DNA of 64,000 nucleotides from Candidatus Omnitrophota bacterium (GTDB lineage Bacteria; Omnitrophota; Gorgyraeia; Zapsychrales; JBAZNR01): NCBI GenBank assembly GCA_041649175.1, contig JBAZNR010000001.1, positions 911,497 to 975,496 of the forward strand, read 5' to 3'. Shown piece by piece: positions 57,763 to 64,000 of this stretch (position 1 is its first letter; each line of letters starts with the position of its first letter). The notes under the pieces were generated by a model. It saw only the letters and a program-made list of their open reading frames with translations, ran no database searches and was not told where the DNA came from. The position numbers and the translations under genes were made by a program.

Positions 57763-58749
57763 ATGCAAGGTTCGCAAAAAGATTTAAGGCGCAGTCAACG
57801 TATTAACGAGAAGCTTCCGATCGTTTGGCATTTAAAAGACAGCAATGTCAGCGGGCGCGGGACGGTAAAGAATATCGGTGCCTTTGGAATGATGTTGGAG
57901 GCCGATACTCAGAGTTCTTTTTCCGGAAATTCTGTTTTGTCTTTCGAAGTTGCGCAGGCGGGCCAGGATAGCTTTATCCCGGCTTTAGGGCGCATGGTTT
58001 GGTCAAGGCAAAAAGGATCTCATCTTTTATGGGGCATTGAATTTGTTGAACCGGCTCAAGAGCTTGTTTCTCGTTTGCGCGAGAAAATTCAAATCAAGAT
58101 TTCCCGGATCGAAAGCCTGGCAAAGATCAAAAATATAACCGGAACAGCCTTGGCAGTTATCATGATCGCCTTGGTCGCCATATCTTTTTCTCAACAACTT
58201 CAAAATCAAAAAGCCTTAGAACAATCTCATCAATTATTATCTGCTGTTGTTGACCAACAATCCCAGCTTTACCGCACGGCCGTTCAGCAATATGCCCAGA
58301 AAGTTTCTGAGCTGGAAATTGTTGCGGCCGACCTTGAGCAGACAAAAAGTCTTTTATCCGAAGTCCAAATAATGCTTGCCGGTGAGCAAGAACAGAACGC
58401 GAGCCTGAATAAGCGTATTTCTGCGATGCAGGCGGAATATGAAAAGTTAACTATTCAGCTCAGCGATGCCAAAGAAAGAATTCGTTTATATTCCGGAGAT
58501 ATCCAAGATCTATCCGAACGAAAATCTGCCTTAGGGCTTATCCGTAAAGGATTGCGTTCCATCAAAAATAATATTCGTCAATTGAAGCATAAGGCGCATC
58601 TGGCGCGGGTTGTTGCTCAAAAAGAGCGCGACAGAATTGCCTTAGAGATCGGGAATCGCGGATTTGTAGTGGGAACACCTGCCGCAATAGCACCCGCAAA
58701 ATCAAGCCGGAAGGTGAAGATCAACGTTTCTATTGCCGCGGAAGAATAG
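57763..58749 (+). CDS. PilZ-domain (c-di-GMP-binding) protein with TM segment and coiled-coil tail.
   Basis: RRSQR and NVSGRG (RxxxR ... D/NxSxGG) PilZ motifs. Start chosen at MQGSQ, preceded by the RBS AGGGAGG. Confidence 0.6.
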   Translation: MQGSQKDLRRSQRINEKLPIVWHLKDSNVSGRGTVKNIGAFGMMLEADTQSSFSGNSVLSFEVAQAGQDSFIPALGRMVWSRQKGSHLLWGIEFVEPAQELVSRLREKIQIKISRIESLAKIKNITGTALAVIMIALVAISFSQQLQNQKALEQSHQLLSAVVDQQSQLYRTAVQQYAQKVSELEIVAADLEQTKSLLSEVQIMLAGEQEQNASLNKRISAMQAEYEKLTIQLSDAKERIRLYSGDIQDLSERKSALGLIRKGLRSIKNNIRQLKHKAHLARVVAQKERDRIALEIGNRGFVVGTPAAIAPAKSSRKVKINVSIAAEE

Positions 58750-58799
58750 GCCGCTGGTTGCGCGTTTTCGTATTGCGCACAATAAAGATGTCCACAATG

Positions 58800-58830
58800 A
58801 CACCTATTGCATAAATAGGTGTTTTTGTTT
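58800..58830 (+). terminator. Intrinsic terminator after the PilZ gene.
   Basis: 9-bp stem ACACCTATT...AATAGGTGT followed by TTTTTGTTT. Confidence 0.55.
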
Positions 58831-58851
58831 AAAGCTAAAAAAGGATCTTAA

Positions 58852-59073
58852 ATGCGCGTTGATATCAAAGTAATTGCCGGAGCAAGAAAAAATCTCGTCA
58901 AAGATGATGACGGGGTTTTGAAAGTATATTTGACCGCTCCCGCCGTTGACGGAAAAGCCAATAAGGCCCTTTCAAAAATTCTTTCCGAGCATTTCTCAGT
59001 TTCCAAAAATCGCATTGAAATCATAAAAGGATTGAAATCAAGGCATAAAACAATTAATATAATAGAAATTTAA
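58852..59073 (+). CDS. DUF167 (YggU-family) protein.
   Basis: MRVDIKVIAGARKN...VDGKANKAL signature. Confidence 0.7.
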   Translation: MRVDIKVIAGARKNLVKDDDGVLKVYLTAPAVDGKANKALSKILSEHFSVSKNRIEIIKGLKSRHKTINIIEI

Positions 59074-59105
59074 CGTTCCGTATTTTATTAATGAAGGGTG
59101 GAATT

Positions 59106-59558
59106 ATGACGCTGGAAGAACAAATTTCGAACAACTATAAACAGGCGATGAAAGATAGAGATACGGCCAAGTCGGCTGTTTTAAGCTTCTTGCGCGCTCA
59201 GCTTAAAAATATGGTGATCGATAAGCGGGTTGAGAAGCTGGACGACGCGGATGTTATTGTGGTCATTAAAAAGCAATTAAAACAGCAGCAGGATTCTTTG
59301 GAACAATTTGAAAAAGGCGGGCGTGCGGATTTGATCGAGAAGCAAAAATTTGAGATCTCCGTCCTGAAGGCTTACTTGCCCCCGGAAATGTCTGCGGATG
59401 AATTGAAAGTTTTAGTTGACGAAGCTGTCAAGGAATCCGGCGCAACAGCAGCCAAAGATATGGGAAAAGTTATGAAAATCATTTTGCCCAAAGTTGCCGG
59501 CAAAGCAGACAGTAAAGCCGTAAGCGATTTAGTCAAAGAAAGACTTTCGCGGATCTAA
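59106..59558 (+). CDS. GatB/YqeY-domain protein.
   Basis: MTLEEQISNNYKQAMKDRD N-terminus typical of YqeY. Confidence 0.7.
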   Translation: MTLEEQISNNYKQAMKDRDTAKSAVLSFLRAQLKNMVIDKRVEKLDDADVIVVIKKQLKQQQDSLEQFEKGGRADLIEKQKFEISVLKAYLPPEMSADELKVLVDEAVKESGATAAKDMGKVMKIILPKVAGKADSKAVSDLVKERLSRI

Positions 59559-59574
59559 TTTTTTTATTTCATCT

Positions 59575-60378
59575 ATGCGCAAGAAATTATTTATTGCTCT
59601 TTTTAGCCTGCCCGTTATTGTCATTGCCGTCTTTTTATGGCTTTCTTCCTCTTACGTTGTTCCGATCATGATGTATCACAGTGTTAATGATGCCGGAAGA
59701 TCTGAAAACCTTATTCCCACTTACCACCACCAATCCACAGGCAATACCGTTAGCCCGCAGAATTTTTCCAAGCACATGGAATATCTTAAGGCCAATCGCT
59801 ATAACGTCATTTCTTTGGAAGAATTTATTGATGCCATTAAAACCAAGCGTCGGCTGCCGTTTAAAAGTGTTGTCATCACATTTGACGATGGATATGAAGA
59901 TAATTATATTTACGCATTTTCGGAATTAAAAAAGCATCAATTTCCGGCGACGATCTTTGTTCTCGTCACTACAGTTGGGCAAAAAGGGTGGTTGAGCTGG
60001 GATCAAATAAAAGAAATGGAAAAGCAAAATATTTCTATCGGAAGCCACACGGTCAGCCATACCTATTTACCGGATGGCGATGAAGATAAACAGCGGTTTG
60101 AGATCACGGAAAGCAAGAAAATATTAGAAGAAAAATTAGGACGAGTGGTCAATGCGCTCGCGTATCCTGCGGGTGGGTTTACGGAAAAAACGAAAGAGAT
60201 CGCGCGCCAAGCCGGCTACAAAGGCGCTTGCACGACCAATCGCGGCTATGATCGTCTCAACAAAGATCTTTACGAGATTAAGCGAATTCGCTTTAGCAAT
60301 AAGGATTACCCCTTAAGCATCTGGCTGAAGCTTTCGGGGTTTTATAATATTTTTAGGTCTTCCAAAGATCCGTACTAA
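59575..60378 (+). CDS. Polysaccharide deacetylase (NodB homology, CE4) with N-terminal membrane anchor.
   Basis: TFDDGY and SHTVSH motifs. Confidence 0.75.
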   Translation: MRKKLFIALFSLPVIVIAVFLWLSSSYVVPIMMYHSVNDAGRSENLIPTYHHQSTGNTVSPQNFSKHMEYLKANRYNVISLEEFIDAIKTKRRLPFKSVVITFDDGYEDNYIYAFSELKKHQFPATIFVLVTTVGQKGWLSWDQIKEMEKQNISIGSHTVSHTYLPDGDEDKQRFEITESKKILEEKLGRVVNALAYPAGGFTEKTKEIARQAGYKGACTTNRGYDRLNKDLYEIKRIRFSNKDYPLSIWLKLSGFYNIFRSSKDPY

Positions 60379-60407
60379 CGCATCAATCAAAAGCGAGAAA
60401 ACGAAAT

Positions 60408-63400
60408 ATGAAAAAAGTAGGCAGCAGGCCAAAAACTGAAAAGTGTTATTTAGACGCGAAAAATCGTTTTGTCATCGAAGATTATAATCAGGCGGCGGAA
60501 TTCAGCAATTTCTTTCCCGGTGTTGCAGGGGCCTGGGGAATTCCGATGTGGTGTTTTTACGTTAATCGCGGCCAGGGAATTACCAGTTTTGGCATTGAAG
60601 GCAAAGATAAAGCCATTATGGAATTTCAACCCGCCAATAAAGCATATCGGCTAACCTCTTTGCAAGGTTTTCGAACCTTCATCAAAGTTAGATCCGGCGC
60701 CAAGTCGGTATTTTATGAGCCATTCCAAAACCCATCGCTCCAGAATCAATTTTCCATTCGCCAACGCATGGCGATCACATCGCACGACTTAACATTAGAA
60801 GAAGAAAACTTGAGCTTAGGTTTATCGATTAGCGTTAATTATTTCACGCTTCCCGAAGAACCTTTTGCCGCGTTGGTTCGTAGTGTAGAGGTCAAAAATA
60901 TTTCTCGTAAAAGAATTGACCTTGAGGTCATTGACGGGATGCCGATCATTATTCCGCACGGATTTACCGATTGGTTATTAAAAAATATTCCGCGCACAGT
61001 TGAGGCATGGGTTAGGGTCAGCAATCTTGAACAAAAAGCCCCGTATTATAATTTAAAAGTGGTTGTTTCTGACAAGCCCGCCGTTTCTCATATCACGGCC
61101 GGGAATTTTTATTTCGGATTTAGCTCTGATGGCAAGAAAAATAAACTTCTGGATTGCCTCACTCATCCTAGTTTGATATTCGGCTCTTCGGCGGATTTCA
61201 TGAGGCCGGAAGTATTCTTAAGTGAAAAGAAGTTTAAAGTTCCGGCTAAACAATTTGCGCAAAATGTGACGCCTAGCGCCATGAGCTTTGCTGCGTTAAG
61301 CCTTGCTTCTCACGAAGAAAAGAAAATTGTTTCGTTGTCAGGGCACACCCACAGCGTCAAGGATCTCAATGAGATCGTCCGCAAGGTAACTTCGGGCGGC
61401 TATATCGAGCGAAAAGCCGAACAGAATAAAGAGATCACTAATGAAATCAAGAACTATGCGTTTACGGCAAGCGCCTCCCGGGAATTTGACCTTTATTGCG
61501 AACACACCTTTTTAGATAATGTCTTGCGCGGAGGGCTTCCTTTATCTTTCAAGACGGACAAAGGAACGGTTGCGCTCAATGTTTTTAGCCGCAAGCACGG
61601 AGATCCGGAGCGTGATTATAATTATTTTGTCTTTACGCCGACATTTCTTTCGCAGGGAAATGGCAATTACCGCGATGTTAATCAAAACCGGCGCAATGAT
61701 GTTTGGTTCAATACGGATGTGCGCGATTCCCATCTGATCAACTTTCTAAATCTTATCCAGCCCGACGGTTTTAATCCGCTCACCATCAAAGGCGCTGTTT
61801 TTTCGGTCACGGATACGCAAAAACTTGACGGTGTCCTCAAAGAATGTGCCTCTTCAAAAGATATTGAACACATCCATGGGCTTTTAAAGAAGAATTTTCT
61901 GCCGGGGTCACTTATTACATCGATCGTTCACCGTGGAATTCGTCTTAATGTCTCCTCGGAAGAATTTTTGAGAAAAGTTTTAAGCTGTTGCCGGTCGCAT
62001 GAATCCGCGGAGCATGGCGAAGGATTTTGGACGGATCACTGGACGTACAATCTTGATCTGATCGAAAGTTATTTAGGCGTTTATCCGGAAAAGCTCAAAG
62101 AACTTCTTTTGGAAAAAAAGGTTTTTACATTTTTCCATAATTCTTTTTACGTTGTGCCGCGTGATAAGCGTTATATTACGACGGCGCATGGCTGCCGGCA
62201 GCACCACGCGGTCATGGATGGGCGCGGCGAAGTTAAGGCCGAAAGAAAAGATAATGTTTTAAGGATCGAAAACGGTAAAGGCGATATTTATTCGACCGGA
62301 CTCGTCGGAAAATTGCTTTGCCTGATCGCCAACAAGGCCGCGTCATTTGACCCTAGCGGTTTAGGACTTGAGATGGAAGCCGAAAAGCCTAACTGGTATG
62401 ATGCCTTAAACGGCTTGCCGGGTTTGTTGGGTTCGTCGCTTTCGGAGACATTGGAATTAAAACGTTTTTGCGCATTTTTATTAACATCATTGGACCAATT
62501 ATCGGTGCGCGATGATCAGAAATTTCTTGTCTTCAGTGAACTTTCGCAATTCATTTCTAACCTCGCCGATGTTTTAAGGTCGTCCGGCAATCATTTTTCT
62601 TATTGGTCGCGGTCTAACGACATTAAGGAACACTATCGTTTAAGTGTTCGTTTCGGCATTAGCGGGGAAGAAAAAGAGATCTCAGCTTCTTTTATTAAGG
62701 AATTCTTAAAGCTTATTGTTGAAAAAGTTGATGACGCGCTTAAACGCGCCAAGGATAAAAACGGCCTTTGCGCTACTTATTTTGCGCATGAAATAACGAA
62801 GTTTGAAAAATTGCAGCATTCCAACTCTGATGGAGATGGCCATGTGCGGCCCTTGGAATTCAAGGTTCATCCGCTTCCGCTTTTCTTAGAGGGTTTTGTC
62901 CATGAATTGCGCGTTCAAAACGACCGGGAAAAAGCCAAAGACCTCTATCGTAAAATACGTCAAAGTGCCATTTTTGATAAAGAATTAAAAATGTATAAGG
63001 TCAATGCCAGCTTAGAAGGGGAATCCGAAGATATTGGGCGTACAAAAGTTTTCCCGCGCGGCTGGTTGGAAAATGAATCCATTTGGATGCATATGGAATA
63101 TAAGTTCCTTCTGGAATTATTGCGTAATGGGCTTTATGAAGAGTTTTATGAAAATTTAAAAAATACCGCTGTGCCTTTCTTAGATCCAAAAATATATGGC
63201 CGCAGTATTTTGGAAAATTCCTCTTTTATCGTCAGCAGCGCTCACGATGACAAAAATTTACACGGGCGCGGGTTTGTGGCTCGCCTAAGCGGAACGACCG
63301 CCGAACTCTTGCATATTTGGATCTTGATGAATATCGGAGAAAAACCTTTTAGTGTTAATGTAAAAGGCGAATTAAGTTTGCAATTTCGGCCTGTTTTGCC

Positions 63401-63704
63401 GGGATGGATTTTTTCGGGTGAAGAAAAAACGGTTGATTATTTTAGCGCCAAAAAATCCTGGCAAAAAATAACCTTGCCGAAGAATTCTTACGCGTTTAAT
63501 TTCCTGAATTCCGCACTTGTGGTTTATCATAATCCAAAGCGCCGGGATACGTTCGGGAAGAATTCCGCGAAGATCGAAAAAATCCATTTATTCTACTTTG
63601 GCAGTAAAACCCCCATCGTCGTTAATTCGACAATCATTGCGCATAAATATGCGTCTGATATCCGCGATAAAAAAGTAGAGCGGATTGACGTATTTTGGAA
63701 GTAA
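60408..63704 (+). CDS. Large (1098 aa) hypothetical protein, possibly a GH94-superfamily-like (alpha/alpha)6 glycoside phosphorylase/hydrolase.
   Basis: Size similar to GH149/GH161 phosphorylases. N-terminal YLDAKNRFVIEDYN...FSNFFPGVAGAWGIPMW resembles the cellobiose-phosphorylase N-terminal region, and NWYDALNGLPG resembles a DWND-type catalytic motif. Assignment made from memory of the motifs. Confidence 0.3.
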   Translation: MKKVGSRPKTEKCYLDAKNRFVIEDYNQAAEFSNFFPGVAGAWGIPMWCFYVNRGQGITSFGIEGKDKAIMEFQPANKAYRLTSLQGFRTFIKVRSGAKSVFYEPFQNPSLQNQFSIRQRMAITSHDLTLEEENLSLGLSISVNYFTLPEEPFAALVRSVEVKNISRKRIDLEVIDGMPIIIPHGFTDWLLKNIPRTVEAWVRVSNLEQKAPYYNLKVVVSDKPAVSHITAGNFYFGFSSDGKKNKLLDCLTHPSLIFGSSADFMRPEVFLSEKKFKVPAKQFAQNVTPSAMSFAALSLASHEEKKIVSLSGHTHSVKDLNEIVRKVTSGGYIERKAEQNKEITNEIKNYAFTASASREFDLYCEHTFLDNVLRGGLPLSFKTDKGTVALNVFSRKHGDPERDYNYFVFTPTFLSQGNGNYRDVNQNRRNDVWFNTDVRDSHLINFLNLIQPDGFNPLTIKGAVFSVTDTQKLDGVLKECASSKDIEHIHGLLKKNFLPGSLITSIVHRGIRLNVSSEEFLRKVLSCCRSHESAEHGEGFWTDHWTYNLDLIESYLGVYPEKLKELLLEKKVFTFFHNSFYVVPRDKRYITTAHGCRQHHAVMDGRGEVKAERKDNVLRIENGKGDIYSTGLVGKLLCLIANKAASFDPSGLGLEMEAEKPNWYDALNGLPGLLGSSLSETLELKRFCAFLLTSLDQLSVRDDQKFLVFSELSQFISNLADVLRSSGNHFSYWSRSNDIKEHYRLSVRFGISGEEKEISASFIKEFLKLIVEKVDDALKRAKDKNGLCATYFAHEITKFEKLQHSNSDGDGHVRPLEFKVHPLPLFLEGFVHELRVQNDREKAKDLYRKIRQSAIFDKELKMYKVNASLEGESEDIGRTKVFPRGWLENESIWMHMEYKFLLELLRNGLYEEFYENLKNTAVPFLDPKIYGRSILENSSFIVSSAHDDKNLHGRGFVARLSGTTAELLHIWILMNIGEKPFSVNVKGELSLQFRPVLPGWIFSGEEKTVDYFSAKKSWQKITLPKNSYAFNFLNSALVVYHNPKRRDTFGKNSAKIEKIHLFYFGSKTPIVVNSTIIAHKYASDIRDKKVERIDVFWK

Positions 63705-63886
63705 AAGCTGTACATTATTTTACTTCTAAATATGAGCAAAATCCTAAAATATAGGCCCTTTAAGGAATCTATGTCAATTGTTCTATAAGCTGTTGAAATA
63801 TAACAACTTAAGTATCAATTTGGCTTTGCTATTCTTGTAAATATCGGGCATACTTATACTAAGGTATGCTTAGGAAATCCAATTCC

Positions 63887-64000
63887 ATGAATAATAAAGA
63901 AACTACTTACAAAATAATGAAATTTGCTTACCCAAAGGCGATATTTTTTGTGCTGATCGCCTTTTTTGTGTTTTTTGCAAATCCTTTAATTTCGGCGGGG
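63887..64000 (+). CDS. 5' end of a hypothetical membrane protein gene running off the window.
   Basis: ATG followed by an open frame to the window end, with a hydrophobic segment (IFFVLIAFFVFFANPLISA). Confidence 0.25.
   Translation, partial: MNNKETTYKIMKFAYPKAIFFVLIAFFVFFANPLISAG

Noticed and set aside
1-64000. tRNA, rRNA, transposase or integrase genes, prophage blocks.
   Set aside because: None of the intergenic regions longer than 70 nt shows tRNA-like T-loop or anticodon-arm features. No ORF carries DDE or tyrosine-recombinase motifs. Nothing supports calling a mobile element.

Overview
The window is gene-dense and almost entirely on the + strand: about 58 of 59 genes, many with overlapping stop/start codons. 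TTG and GTG starts occur, and I saw no rRNA, tRNA, CRISPR array, transposase or integrase. The gene content suggests an anaerobic, probably uncultivated bacterium.

Layout from start to end:
- 1-2762: the 3' portion of a single-chain pyruvate:ferredoxin oxidoreductase, followed by a PyrD-like FMN TIM-barrel protein.
- 3.8-15.9 kb: a 12-kb, translationally coupled operon for a bidirectional NAD-linked [NiFe] hydrogenase (hoxE-hoxF-[inserted secreted FGE/SUMF1-like gene]-hoxU-hoxY-hoxH-hoxW) plus maturation genes hypA-hypF-hypC-hypD-hypE. No hypB is present.
- 15.9-21 kb: a CoA-transferase::GNAT fusion, a small radical-SAM protein, and a class II (B12) ribonucleotide reductase nrdJ preceded by two NrdR-box-like palindromes 31 bp apart.
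- 21-25.7 kb: a TolC-like outer membrane protein directly followed by an RND pump, with no adaptor gene between them.
- 26-32 kb: a signalling block with two paralogous response regulators (REC + degenerate REC) flanking a dCache-HAMP-GAF histidine kinase.
- 32.8-34.1 kb: a divergent DNA-repair pair (AlkD-like glycosylase on the - strand, T4 endonuclease V-like pyrimidine-dimer glycosylase on the + strand).
- 34.8-40.4 kb: a metal-homeostasis island (CbiM/NikM-PDGLE, Fur-family regulator with a 10-1-10 palindromic box over its own promoter, OMP, ZIP, TerC, MarC, ferritin-like::VIT1).
- 40.6-45.8 kb: the clearest non-coding signal. A GEMM / c-di-GMP-I riboswitch-like element (GGGCAAA, GNRA hairpin, GACGCAAAGCC, second hairpin, ...CUACCGA) followed by an intrinsic terminator sits immediately upstream of a 1693-aa secreted gingipain-like (C25) protease. 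That protein also has CARDB, beta-helix, five tandem PKD-like repeats and a cadherin-like domain. A PilZ-domain gene lies further downstream.
- 46-52.4 kb: a periplasmic redox cluster (DsbA-like, DoxX, a Memo::AMMECR1 fusion carrying a signal peptide, YyaL thioredoxin-like).
- 52.5-64 kb: a YidE/YbjL transporter, then an asmA-NUDIX-Cas4-like PD-(D/E)XK nuclease-lipoprotein operon, DUF167, YqeY, a polysaccharide deacetylase and a 1098-aa possible glycoside-phosphorylase-like protein.
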